DNA of 64,000 bases, from IMG/VR virus record IMGVR_UViG_3300045988_113151. One strand, given 5' to 3'. Origin of the DNA: a virus. Positions 10,411-20,241 of this stretch are shown here, piece after piece; position 1 is the stretch's first letter, and each line of letters begins with the position of its first letter. A model generated the notes under the pieces. The model saw nothing but the letters and a program-made list of their open reading frames with translations, was not told the origin of the DNA and did no database searches. A program made the position numbers and the translations under genes.

Positions 10411-10439
10411 ATAACTAGAGACCCATCATCTCTAGTTAT
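10411..10439 (-). terminator. terminator-like hairpin
   Basis: 11-bp perfect stem ATAACTAGAGA/TCTCTAGTTAT with a 7-nt loop, about 100 nt downstream of the stop of 10538..11083. The flanking U-run is imperfect. Confidence 0.35.
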
Positions 10440-10537
10440 TAGAAATTATTTTTGTTTGACTTTCGTCGAATTTTCAATCTAAGGTTTAAAGTTCCATCAA
10501 CATATACTTAAATTAAAAATTGGTTTATAAAGAAATA

Positions 10538-11083
10538 TTATGGTTTCCGTACTAGTATTTCCACATCTCCTATTACTTCACCACTATTTAATATAACAGA
10601 TGCTTGTTTTTGTGAAAAAGCAATTGTTTCAAGACCTTCATTTTTTCTAGTAGGTCTAGAACTAGACATATTTATATATTGGCTAGTATATTCTCCATCC
10701 ATATTACCGCCATATCTTAGAACATCAAAAAGCATATCAATTACATATTCATAGTTATTATTCCGAACAGCTTTATCCATAAAATCCTTAGTCATCCCAT
10801 CAAACACAGGATTAGAATAATTACCATTTGGAACTGATATAACATCCATAATTGTTAATGCTAAATCACGAAAACTTATATCTTTATAGTCACTAAACCA
10901 TAAGCATAACCATTTAAATCGCCGTCTTTTAGTATAGAAACGAACTGATCCATCATCATGAATTTCTATACTACCAACAACCTTATCACCCATCGTGATA
11001 TGTTTATAGACATACTTATTATTTAGTATAAAACGTAATAAGTCTTTATGAACTTCACTAATTTTTACTTCTGTGTTGTTCAT
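10538..11083 (-). CDS. hypothetical protein, 181 aa
   Basis: ORF track. Confidence 0.5.
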   Translation of the reverse strand: MNNTEVKISEVHKDLLRFILNNKYVYKHITMGDKVVGSIEIHDDGSVRFYTKRRRFKWLCLWFSDYKDISFRDLALTIMDVISVPNGNYSNPVFDGMTKDFMDKAVRNNNYEYVIDMLFDVLRYGGNMDGEYTSQYINMSSSRPTRKNEGLETIAFSQKQASVILNSGEVIGDVEILVRKP

Positions 11084-11094
11084 TTTTATTTATA

Positions 11095-11655
11095 TTAAAG
11101 TCCATATTGACGATAATATTCGTCACAGCTCTGCTGCTGACCTTTAATAAGTTCTTTAAGCATAGTCATCTGTGCTAAGAAATCATTAGCAAGTGCCTCT
11201 GCCTTCTCTGCTTCCTGTTTGTTACGGAAATTAGCTTCATCTGTCAATCGTTTCCGATCGGCAAAGAATAGCGGAGTCTGATTATTCTTAGCTCGAATAC
11301 ATGCTTCTTCAATTGCCGAATTATCTGTTGCTTCTGCAAAGAATTTCGGTTCTTGAACAATCTTAGCCCGTAATTCTGGCTTTTCGTTGAACTCAATGAA
11401 AATCTCATCATTAATAACAAGAAGTCGTTGAGATGACACAAGAACAGTGTTAACCATATATTTTAATAGTGGTTCTACTAACCGTGGATGTTGATTAGTA
11501 AGTTCCTTCTCACGATGAGAAAGATCAACATTGTCAACTTGCAAATAACAGATAGTCTTACCTAAAAGGCTACCCATATTACTTACTACCTTACGAGCAT
11601 CCCGTAAGCGTGCTTCAATTTTCTGTTCGTTTCCTTGATTATAATTATTTTCCAT
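11095..11655 (-). CDS. hypothetical protein, 186 aa, visibly higher G+C than neighbours
   Basis: ORF track; predicted coiled-coil-rich; lies next to the 2 kb ORF-free segment. Confidence 0.5.
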   Translation of the reverse strand: MENNYNQGNEQKIEARLRDARKVVSNMGSLLGKTICYLQVDNVDLSHREKELTNQHPRLVEPLLKYMVNTVLVSSQRLLVINDEIFIEFNEKPELRAKIVQEPKFFAEATDNSAIEEACIRAKNNQTPLFFADRKRLTDEANFRNKQEAEKAEALANDFLAQMTMLKELIKGQQQSCDEYYRQYGL

Positions 11656-13705
11656 TTTGATAAAATTTTTATTTAATTGCAGAACCCATCGTTCCTAAGT
11701 AACACACTAGCAGTTCTCTTAATTCAGTATAATTAATAGGCGTCTTATATCCTATCGCTTTTAAAAAGCTTAGAAATAATTATAGTAAATCTCTAATTCA
11801 ATAGATACTATACATATTACCATTATAAAAAATCTGATACAGTATGATAAAACTCGACATTTAATTCTTATTTACCTTCACTGATACTATTCTGATAACT
11901 TCTGCAATTAAGGTTGTTTGAAATTATTTGTTAATTCTCTGATATTTATTATCGTAGTTATATTCTAGAGCTCTTGGTAGAGGTGCATACAACAGGGACT
12001 CTAATGGTAAGAGATATATACCCCGTAAGATAATTGGTTTAGCTGATTATTTAAAGAGCCTAACAGTAAATACCTAAAAACGTGCTCTACTCATTTTTAT
12101 CCATTCGTCAGTTGAGTGCTGGGTTTCTGATACTGTATATTATATCTACCGAGACAGGGTAGACCTTTTGTCGACATCAGCGCTGCCGGTTTTGTTATGA
12201 GCTGTTTATGTTTCAAAACACCCACTCTATAGCCTTGTATTACTCACAGGCTGCGTGTACTTACGACTTTGTTCTTATCCTGCACATAATTCTAGGATTT
12301 CCACCTATCATCCCTTAATGGAGGGAATCAGTGTCACTTTACATATATTGTTGCGCAATATACTTTAAGTGGTTCTAGTGTTAGCAATTATATTGTACAG
12401 TCGAGGGTGGCTCGATATAGCTTTTAACTATACACTATACTACCATTGGACTTCCTCATTGCTTTAGTTGAACATGTTAATAATCTCACAAAAAGAAACC
12501 CTTACATATTAGACTTACTATCTACATTTAGTGTCAGTAAAGTGTAGCTGCTAAAATGGGGAATGCACAGATTATACTCCGATCTGCTTCGTCCTCTAGG
12601 TTAAAATATTTCACGACTTTCCTTACTGGTTGTAAGGCTCAATGTTTTTAAATATACAACGTTATCTCAATGTTGCCAACTCGAATTTGATCAGGGAGTT
12701 ATTTCTCCACTAGCTTTAGATTTTCTGTTTATACTAATTACTTCTAATCTATGATATAGAGTTTTCTGGCTCTTCATCCCATATCTACTTTATTTCCTAG
12801 TGCAAAGCACTTTAGGTTTATACTCATCTAAGTAGCAACTGAGTTTAATTATAATATTACTTAGTCCACACAATCCCATTAAACTGAGAATTATTTCTTG
12901 CAAAATACTTTAATTATACTTCCGATTAGTTATTAAATATAACATTACATATAGGCTTTATACCTAATCCAGTTAATCTATATTATATCCATCTTACTTA
13001 CAACGTAAGTTCTATATAATGATCATAGCTACTCAGCCAAAAGGCATGTAATTTACTACTCACTTATCATATAATTAAATAGTGCTATAATATTTATAAT
13101 TCTACCTTCATACATACTGCTTTAAACATTCTTTCTTTAATGCACACTTCCAATTTAAGCTTTCCAAAGGCACGTGTCAGTATGGAACACTATAGTAGTA
13201 TTTTTAGTAACTTTATAGCTACAAGGAAGATTTGGAGTCTACCTAGAATGCTTAACGATTCTATAAATACATATCTACTAAAGTTTGGAGCTTTAGTACT
13301 TTCTTTATCCTCGCACTTTGCGAGTTTGCGACTCGTGTAAGGTAACATTCCCTTTTGATATTCAGTTTGATAACTGGTATTCGAATGTATTAACGATACC
13401 TGGCATTGTTTAACTTCATAAATCTGCTGATTTAATCGTTGCGTCTTTAGTCACCAATCGGTTCTCACTGAGGATGTGCCACGCTCTTCCTCTTTCTCGT
13501 CATTTCTTCAGTCTTAAACAGTAAATTCGACATGATCAAGTTATTATACCTTCGTTCACTCAATAATAGTGGTAGCTATTATTCCAGCCTCTAGTATTAT
13601 GTACTGTTAATGCTTACTTTACTCAATTTCAGCATTCCTCTTCCTATTTGAATAGGAGCGTCTAGGCGAAGCAATTACGTTGCTAACGAATGCAGTTTAT
13701 AGCTC
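11656..13705. other. 2 kb ORF-free segment A: candidate structured non-coding RNA or long UTR
   Basis: The only track ORF is 66 codons (13140..13340, plus strand). TAA, TGA and TAG occur in every frame on both strands. G+C is higher than in flanking genes, and there are many local hairpins. Confidence 0.6.
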
Positions 13706-14128
13706 TTATTTCGCGCTTTGCTGCTCTAGTTGCGCGTCAGTTTTATCTTCACTGATAATATTTACCTTACATGTGTTAAGGTCTAGAAATCCGACATAGT
13801 TAGTTCCTTTTACTAAGTCTATTGTTTTATGTTTGATATCATACGAAGATACAAACGAAATAGGGTCAAATACAGTAGCATCGAATTCATCTAATTTCTT
13901 AGATAGTTCTTCTACTCTATATTCTAACTTCTTAATAAGTAAACTAGATTGATTAAGTATCTCATTAATTTGTTTGTTAAACTCATGAGATACTTTACCA
14001 TCTTCTATGACAATTCTAGTAGCAGAAGAAGCTTTAGACAACTCTATTCTGCTGTTCTTTAAATTGCGAATAACTTCTGAAGTACGAAGCATGTGTTGAA
14101 CGACTAGTCTATTTCTCGTCATCTTCAT
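13706..14128 (-). CDS. hypothetical protein, 140 aa
   Basis: ORF track. Confidence 0.5.
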   Translation of the reverse strand: MKMTRNRLVVQHMLRTSEVIRNLKNSRIELSKASSATRIVIEDGKVSHEFNKQINEILNQSSLLIKKLEYRVEELSKKLDEFDATVFDPISFVSSYDIKHKTIDLVKGTNYVGFLDLNTCKVNIISEDKTDAQLEQQSAK

Positions 14129-14519
14129 TATTATTCCAAATTAAAGGTTCTACATTATTTCGTATAATTACCTTGTTCTCCAATACGAGAGGAGCAACAC
14201 GATATGGCGCAGGTCGATTATCCACTACGACAGGCTTCTCAACTATACGCTCAATATACTTTTTAATTGTTCGTATACTATCTTTCTTAACAATGTTTAC
14301 ATTAGCAGTAGCTGTACCTTCTACTGTAACTTCTTCATTCTTAAGGTCAATATTAATAGTAGATGGTAAGATTGTTTCAACAGGTCTTGGAACATCTACA
14401 TAACGAGGGACAGGAGCCAGTTCTGCCTTTGGTGCAGTTTGTTTAAGTGCATCATAGCTAACAAAGCTTCCGAAAGTTAAGATACCTAGTATCATTAACA
14501 TATTAATACGGTTATTCAT
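14109..14519 (-). CDS. membrane-anchored hypothetical protein, ends at TAG
   Basis: N-terminal hydrophobic helix MLMILGILTFGSFV. The stop codon is TAG (plus cta 14109-14111). Confidence 0.5.
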   Translation of the reverse strand: MNNRINMLMILGILTFGSFVSYDALKQTAPKAELAPVPRYVDVPRPVETILPSTINIDLKNEEVTVEGTATANVNIVKKDSIRTIKKYIERIVEKPVVVDNRPAPYRVAPLVLENKVIIRNNVEPLIWNNNEDDEK

Positions 14520-14525
14520 ATTTGA

Positions 14526-16073
14526 TTATGCTTTAGAGTATGCAGATTCATCAATGTAATTTGCTAATCGTTTTACAGGATCTTTATACAATCCAGCTAT
14601 TTCAGTAAGTTTATTTTGAACTAGCTGAGTAGAATCTCCTAGGTTATACATATTATTAATTACAGAGAAAATCTTATCTCCTTTAATTTTATTTACAAAG
14701 TCTTTATTGTACTTACCTTCAATCATTCCTTCAATAGTTACTGGAATATTCTCTTCTTTATTAGCAATCTTTTTGATTATTTCATCAGTAGATGATTTGC
14801 TTAGCATATCATTAAAGATTGTAACAGAGGCGTCCGCTCCAGTCTTTTCTGTAGCAAATTCTTCAGCACTATTAGCAAGCATTACCTTAATAAAATCAGC
14901 AATCTGTTGTTCATTATATCCAAGACCTTCAAAGTCTTTATACAACAAACTGTGTGCAATATATGGAGAATTATTTCCAATCAGAGCACCAGATGCTTTA
15001 CTCATTAAACCTTTCAAACAAAGTGTTTTTGTTTGATTAAACTTACTGTACATTAGAGCTAAAGTAGTAGTAGGATTATCAGATTTAACTTCAAATGCTT
15101 TATTTGCCCATTCAATAGCATCTTTAACATTCAAAGCCATCCGTTGTGTAGCGTTGATTTTAGTACCTTCTGCAATATTACTACGACTTAGAATTCCTCT
15201 AAGAGCGTTAAGCTTTTCTTCTTCAGTCAGCTTAGGATCTGCTTCAGGTATTTCAAACTTGGTTGCTTTAGCATCTGCTTTAGCAGCCTTTTTTACATCT
15301 TCAGGTACTGTTTCAAATTCAAGATTTAATTGTTTTCCGTCTTTAGTTGGTAAGGCTTTAACATCTACTCCATACATATTTAAGAATTGATTCTTAATCT
15401 GTGGATATACATCTTTAGTTATAGTAATACCCTTAAGAATAGACTTACCTTCTTGTTCTAGTTGCATTGCATATAACAAACACAACTGACACAATCCTCC
15501 ACTATATACTTCCTTCATTGCGGCAACTTGTTCGCGAGGCAAGTCTTCGTCAGTATCAATATAAGTTTTACGGATTAGTGATAACAATTCTACTTGATGG
15601 TTTTCATCAATACGTTCCTTATTTGCAATCATAGCTACTCCACGTGTAATATCAATAGGTAGTTGTTTTTCGGTCTTTTCCTTGTTGATATCTACAGTCT
15701 CTGGAATAATAGTTTCAACTTTTTCTTCCTTTTTCTTTTCTTCCTTCTTCTGAGATTTCTCAGATTCAGGTTTTTTGTCTTCTTTTTTACCTCCTTCTTT
15801 TTCTGGTTTTACACTAGCCTTAGTTTCCTCAGGCTTCTTCTCCGTTTTCTTTTCTTCTTTAGAAGTATTTTTAACTTCTTCTTTTGGTTTTTCTACAGGC
15901 TTCTTTTCCTGTTCTTTAGGTTTATTACTTGGTTGAACTTCTTCTTTCTTTTCAACCTTTTCAGTCTCTTTTTCTTTTGTAGGTTCTTCTACTTTTACAG
16001 TATTAACCTTATTTTCTTTAATCTTTGCTGCTAAGTTAGATTTGTTTTCTTTTCCTTTATTACGTTTTGACAT
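14526..16073 (-). CDS. hypothetical protein with a Lys/Glu-rich disordered N-terminal third, 515 aa
   Basis: ORF track. About 130 aa of KE/KP low complexity are followed by a globular region. Confidence 0.55.
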   Translation of the reverse strand: MSKRNKGKENKSNLAAKIKENKVNTVKVEEPTKEKETEKVEKKEEVQPSNKPKEQEKKPVEKPKEEVKNTSKEEKKTEKKPEETKASVKPEKEGGKKEDKKPESEKSQKKEEKKKEEKVETIIPETVDINKEKTEKQLPIDITRGVAMIANKERIDENHQVELLSLIRKTYIDTDEDLPREQVAAMKEVYSGGLCQLCLLYAMQLEQEGKSILKGITITKDVYPQIKNQFLNMYGVDVKALPTKDGKQLNLEFETVPEDVKKAAKADAKATKFEIPEADPKLTEEEKLNALRGILSRSNIAEGTKINATQRMALNVKDAIEWANKAFEVKSDNPTTTLALMYSKFNQTKTLCLKGLMSKASGALIGNNSPYIAHSLLYKDFEGLGYNEQQIADFIKVMLANSAEEFATEKTGADASVTIFNDMLSKSSTDEIIKKIANKEENIPVTIEGMIEGKYNKDFVNKIKGDKIFSVINNMYNLGDSTQLVQNKLTEIAGLYKDPVKRLANYIDESAYSKA

Positions 16074-16163
16074 TTTGATATGTTTACGACAGTCCTTTCT
16101 GCCTTTTAAGTTAAAAAATAAATTAATAATTTAATGGTTTAAAAACTTGATAGTAGAAGCATT

Positions 16164-16547
16164 TCAACTATCGTTAACAATCTCTGGTAGGTTTAACACT
16201 TTATTAGGTGTGCCTATTGATTTAGCTACAATGTCACTCTCCATTTCCTTACCCATTACCTTGTATGTAGCTTTATTTTCTATTTCCTGGTAATTATTAC
16301 TAGGAATAGTAAATAAAACATAAGATAATGTGGGATTAGGAGTTGTAGCTTTATCTACTACAGCTTTCTCAGGCTTACTATTATCATCACTATTAGTGAT
16401 AAAATAGTATCCTGCACCTAATAACAAACCTAATGCTAATGTAGTTAGCATTCTTGTACAAGCATCAATTCTTTGTTCAGTTTTCATTACTCTAGATATA
16501 ATGAAAATGATGATGATTGCAAGCAACAAATAAATTATCGTTGACAT
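16164..16547 (-). CDS. two-TM membrane protein (possible anti-sigma partner)
   Basis: Two hydrophobic segments; located immediately downstream of the sigma factor gene. Confidence 0.4.
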   Translation of the reverse strand: MSTIIYLLLAIIIIFIISRVMKTEQRIDACTRMLTTLALGLLLGAGYYFITNSDDNSKPEKAVVDKATTPNPTLSYVLFTIPSNNYQEIENKATYKVMGKEMESDIVAKSIGTPNKVLNLPEIVNDS

Positions 16548-16560
16548 GATTTGTTAGGTA

Positions 16561-17118
16561 TTAGTAAATATTTGCTATTTTTTGTTTTAATCGTTGTCTT
16601 GCTTTATTTAAATCTGATTTAACTTTAGATTCTGGTAAAGCAAATTTTTCAGATATCTCATTATAAGATAGACCTTCTATTCGAGCGTTTATTAAATCTC
16701 TATATTTCTTTCTAAGTGTTAGAATAGCTTGTTCAACTATTTTTACTTTTTCTTGTAAAACTAATTGTTCTTCAGGACTTTTTTCGATATTTTCTAATTG
16801 AATAGTATTATCTTCATCGTCCATATAGTTATTTAATTGCTCTTTCTTATTTCTTCTTATATAATCTATTGAACTGTTAACTGCAATAGTTTTTAACCAC
16901 ATTTCAAATGAAATATGTTGTACATAAGAATCTAATTTTTGATAAGCTTTAGTAAATACTACAGATGTTAAATCATCTGCTATATCTGTATTCTTTACTA
17001 TATTATAAATAGTAAACCAAATATTTGATTTATATAATTTATAAAGCTTAGTAAAGGCACTTTCTGAACCTTGTTTAGCCTGTTCTACTAAAGTAATTAC
17101 TTCTTGTGTCATAGGCAT
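16561..17118 (-). CDS. ECF-type sigma-70 family sigma factor
   Basis: Region 2-like DDLTSVVFTKAYQKLDSY...WLKTIAVNSSIDYIRR. Region 4 HTH LSYNEISEKFALPESKVKSDLNKARQRLK. Confidence 0.75.
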   Translation of the reverse strand: MPMTQEVITLVEQAKQGSESAFTKLYKLYKSNIWFTIYNIVKNTDIADDLTSVVFTKAYQKLDSYVQHISFEMWLKTIAVNSSIDYIRRNKKEQLNNYMDDEDNTIQLENIEKSPEEQLVLQEKVKIVEQAILTLRKKYRDLINARIEGLSYNEISEKFALPESKVKSDLNKARQRLKQKIANIY

Positions 17119-17164
17119 AAAATATTAGTGAGCTATAGTCTACCCAACGACTATAGCCCTAAGT

Positions 17165-17575
17165 CTAAAATGGTAAAGTCGATATATAGTATCTACTACA
17201 TTCAGCAAATCTAAAGTTAAACAAAAGAAGTATATGATTTCCCCAGTATATTTTAGCAATCTCTGGTATTTGTAATTTATCTATCATATTTATTACAATT
17301 CTAAGTTTTACTCTAGATGTACTTTCTGTAATAGTAAATCCTTTATCATTTATTAGACAATCTACAATAGGTTGAAATATAGTTCTATTTGCATATCTAG
17401 CTAATTCTACTACTTCTTTACTTCTATGAATAGTAAAATCTAAAGGATAGATATGCGGATCATCTTCTATGTTATAATACTTATCACTAAGATATTTTTC
17501 ACATATAGGATTATAATTGAACATATATTCATAAGGTAGATTTTTGTTAATAGTATCTAAAACTTCGATAAGCAT
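17165..17575 (-). CDS. hypothetical protein, ends at TAG
   Basis: ORF track; stop is TAG (plus cta 17165-17167). Confidence 0.45.
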   Translation of the reverse strand: MLIEVLDTINKNLPYEYMFNYNPICEKYLSDKYYNIEDDPHIYPLDFTIHRSKEVVELARYANRTIFQPIVDCLINDKGFTITESTSRVKLRIVINMIDKLQIPEIAKIYWGNHILLLFNFRFAECSRYYISTLPF

Positions 17576-17579
17576 ACTA

Positions 17580-18035
17580 CTAAATATAATTAAGAAATTT
17601 CTTAATTTTATTTTCTAAGATATTTGATGCTTGCCCAACATCAATCTTATACTCTTTACAAATTGTAATAATGAATTTGTTGTCACATTCTGCTGTTCCA
17701 TACATCTCCATATACGCTTTGTACTTTTCTGTGAGTTCTTTGATTTCCTCATCTGTTATTACTTCACACTTTTTAAAAGTACGAGTACCAATTCCTAATA
17801 AACTATTAACAGCACTAGTTACGGTTAATTTATCAAATGTATATTGGTCGGGATTTTGAACAATATGTTGTACTTCAATAGAATTTTCACCTAATTCTTT
17901 TACTCTTCCAGTATTAAAGAATTCATTCATTGAGATACCTTTTAAAATTTTGATAAATGGAGCCTCACCTACTGCTTTAATAATTATGTTCTGGCTAGGT
18001 CCCTGAGCCATCCATACTCCTTCTTTTAATGCCAT
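17580..18035 (-). CDS. hypothetical protein, ends at tandem TAG-TAG
   Basis: ORF track; plus ctacta at 17577-17582. Confidence 0.45.
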   Translation of the reverse strand: MALKEGVWMAQGPSQNIIIKAVGEAPFIKILKGISMNEFFNTGRVKELGENSIEVQHIVQNPDQYTFDKLTVTSAVNSLLGIGTRTFKKCEVITDEEIKELTEKYKAYMEMYGTAECDNKFIITICKEYKIDVGQASNILENKIKKFLNYI

Positions 18036-18037
18036 AG

Positions 18038-18229
18038 TTACTTACTTTTTGATTTGTAAAACTTTTGTGAAATTTGATATGCCATTGTTAAATCAATGCC
18101 ATATTTTGTTATTAACTTTTGTCTAAAGTCATCTATATCTTCAGATTGTTCTCCTAGTTTAATGACTTCATCTTTTAAACCTGGCTTATTAAATTTAATC
18201 CAAGTTACAGTTTCAAATAATTTTTCCAT
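18038..18229 (-). CDS. hypothetical small protein
   Basis: ORF track. Confidence 0.4.
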   Translation of the reverse strand: MEKLFETVTWIKFNKPGLKDEVIKLGEQSEDIDDFRQKLITKYGIDLTMAYQISQKFYKSKSK

Positions 18230-18232
18230 TAA

Positions 18233-18523
18233 TTACTGACAGTTATATTCATAGTTTGATACTTGTTCTTGAATATTACTCCAAAAACTTAGTCCTTCTT
18301 CTAAACTAAGTGATACACATATTGCTTGGATAGAATATGTTGTATACAAACGATTTATCATATTAATAGCTTCCTTATAATGATATTTATCTTTTAAGTT
18401 ACTAGGTATGTATTTTTGATATACTTGTTTAGTAAAGCTACAATAACATTTATTACGTTTCATAATAGTACGCCATGATTCTGGCATTCTATCTTTACAA
18501 GCTTGTCTAATACTTTTTTCCAT
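18233..18523 (-). CDS. hypothetical small protein
   Basis: ORF track. Confidence 0.4.
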   Translation of the reverse strand: MEKSIRQACKDRMPESWRTIMKRNKCYCSFTKQVYQKYIPSNLKDKYHYKEAINMINRLYTTYSIQAICVSLSLEEGLSFWSNIQEQVSNYEYNCQ

Positions 18524-18537
18524 AATATTATAATTAT

Positions 18538-18819
18538 TTAAAGTTTTTGTACATTAGTACTATTTTTTTGCTCCTTTCTCTGTTTCATTAGTTTTTTTAT
18601 TTTACCTAATATATTATCCCAATATTCAAATCCTTCTTTAGTACTACTCCAAGAAAATCCACCACTCCATGATCCTGCTGTGGGATTTTTTTCAAATACT
18701 TGTAAATCAGGTTTATTTCCATGTCTTGCTTGATTCTTAAGCATTTTCTGTTTTATTTCTGGTGGTAAAGTCTGAATACTATAAAATTCTGTTTTCTTTC
18801 TATGTCTTCCTCTATTCAT
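18538..18819 (-). CDS. hypothetical protein with FSW...EG..YW motif
   Basis: Start moved to the internal Met (MNRGRHRKK) so that it does not overlap the tRNA-like element. It shares a motif with 23075..23407. Confidence 0.45.
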   Translation of the reverse strand: MNRGRHRKKTEFYSIQTLPPEIKQKMLKNQARHGNKPDLQVFEKNPTAGSWSGGFSWSSTKEGFEYWDNILGKIKKLMKQRKEQKNSTNVQKL

Positions 18820-18834
18820 AATATTAAAGTTTAG

Positions 18835-18908
18835 TTCACGGAGCAGGATTCGAACCTGCACTCATTTCCCATATCCGTTCTGTGTCTAACCAATTGCACC
18901 ATCCGTGA
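18835..18908 (-). pseudogene. tRNA-like element with a non-folding anticodon arm
   Basis: Perfect 7-bp acceptor TCACGGA/TCCGTGA, D-arm-like GTGCAATTGGTTAGACAC and canonical T arm GCAGG-TTCGAAT-CCTGC. The 17 nt at the anticodon-arm position (GAACGGATATGGGAAAT) cannot pair. Confidence 0.45.
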
Positions 18909-19764
18909 CCTGCTTTTTACGACATTAGCTTAGCCGTTGACTTATCGTATTACGCTGCAATACGAGTATAGTCTGTTACAAAAGATTTGTCATTTCTGAC
19001 GTCTATTGACCTATTCATTTTCATCCTCGCTGTCAAATCCATAATACCCCATTAGTAGGATTTTCACCTACTTTGAAGCTTTGCGACATTTAGTCTAGGA
19101 GTGGTTTATACCCTTGCCAAGAGGAATCGAACCTCTATGCTTCTGACCGTGGAGTATGAGGGAGTCGAACCCTCGTCCAAACGATTCATCCAATGACCTA
19201 ACAGTCAATATAGTAGTATATAGTTAAATCAATAACTATATACTTAAATATGAATAAACTGTAGGTAAGTATAATAAAAATAATAATCGGAAATATACTT
19301 TAAATACAGAGGCAGATAACTTACTATATGTTTAAAGATTTACTTCTATATCTAAGAGTAGCATCAACTATTACTTTATTATAGGCTCTAGGCTCGCTTA
19401 CTCTACAGTTTTAAATAGGCTTTGATTGCATGTATAGTATAGCAAGTGCTCATGTAAAACAGACTCGATTGAACTATAGGCATAAAGCTCTCTATACATA
19501 TACAATTTGATTTTGTGTACTGTTTATCGTCATAAGACTATTCATAGTACAAACTTCGCCAGTTTTATACCCTCGTGGCTTATAGCTCTTGAGTTTAGAA
19601 CGATCTTTAGGCTCATGATCAGTGGCACGTTTTTTACCCAGCAAAATGGGTCAAGCCTCTATTGCTTGTTGTCAATTCAACTGTGTACAACATCCTGCAT
19701 CAAAAGACGACTTATCATGTTCTATGTACAGATTTGTCATAAAGACTTCTTCTTGGGTTGTCGA
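18909..19764. other. ORF-free segment B
   Basis: No credible ORF on the transcribed strand. It contains tRNA T-arm-like hairpins and repeated 10-11-mers. Confidence 0.5.
19120..19174 (-). ncRNA. two adjacent T-arm-like hairpins (tRNA remnants?)
   Basis: Minus sense: GAGGG-TTCGACT-CCCTC (19158-19174) and AGAGG-TTCGATT-CCTCT (19120-19136). No matching acceptor or anticodon arms were found. Confidence 0.3.
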
Positions 19765-20190
19765 TTAATAACGCCAAGCGTCATCACCGTAAATATCACG
19801 TTTTCCTTTTTCAATAGCTTTATCTCGGGTTTCTTCAGCCTTTGATATAGCACTGTCATAGGTTTCGTAATTACCTGTGGTTTCGAGGTCTTTTCTTGCT
19901 TCACTCACTTCTTTCAGATAGATTTTCTGAGCTGCTTCTTTTATACGAGCCATACGAAGACCCTTCAAAGCATCATCTTCTTTGCTTTCTGAATTACGCA
20001 AGCGCTGTTCAATTCGTTGAGTTTCTTCTTTCAGTTTACGTTCTGCAATATTATTCTTTGCAGCTTCAATTGCTTCTTTAGAACCAACTTTCTGTTTTTC
20101 AGATTGAGCAGTAATAGCAGCTTCAACATCGAATTCAGCACACAAAACGTTTGCGCCTAAGATAGCGCTTGTAAAATTTACATTTTTCAT
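19765..20190 (-). CDS. hypothetical protein with signal-peptide-like N-terminus
   Basis: ORF track; MKNVNFTSAILGANVLCA followed by a charged helical region. G+C is higher than in neighbours. Confidence 0.5.
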   Translation of the reverse strand: MKNVNFTSAILGANVLCAEFDVEAAITAQSEKQKVGSKEAIEAAKNNIAERKLKEETQRIEQRLRNSESKEDDALKGLRMARIKEAAQKIYLKEVSEARKDLETTGNYETYDSAISKAEETRDKAIEKGKRDIYGDDAWRY

Positions 20191-20241
20191 AATTGTTTGA
20201 AATTTTAATTGTTAATAATTGATTTATTTAAGAAATGAATA

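Noticed and set aside
13140-13340. 66-codon plus-strand ORF, the only ORF in the 2 kb segment A.
   Set aside because: It is isolated, on the opposite strand to all surrounding genes, and has no motif. Its length is within what chance allows in 2 kb over six frames.
987-16034. Plus-strand track ORFs inside the leftward block (987..1382, 3100..3285, 4067..4348, 4505..4726, 7513..7806, 7819..8001, 9814..10008, 14173..14403, 14707..15036, 15154..15390, 15663..16034).
   Set aside because: All lie antisense to longer, motif-bearing minus-strand genes. Their translations are low-complexity (F/L/S-rich), typical of shadow ORFs opposite A-rich coding strands.
15660-16040. Apparent DNA tandem repeat (AAG/GAA-rich tract).
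   Set aside because: It is the coding sequence of the Lys/Glu-rich low-complexity N-terminus of 14526..16073. The periodicity is imperfect and codon-based, not a discrete DNA repeat unit.
19120-19174. A tmRNA-like or long-variable-arm tRNA interpretation of the two T-arm hairpins.
   Set aside because: I searched the following roughly 600 nt for the complementary 5' acceptor strands (plus-strand ATACTCC or TGGCAAG) and found none. No resume-codon or tag ORF is evident.
19507-19845. Plus-strand 112-aa ORF in segment B.
   Set aside because: Its 3' end overlaps 19765..20190 antisense. The composition is hydrophobic and low-complexity, and no neighbouring plus-strand genes exist.
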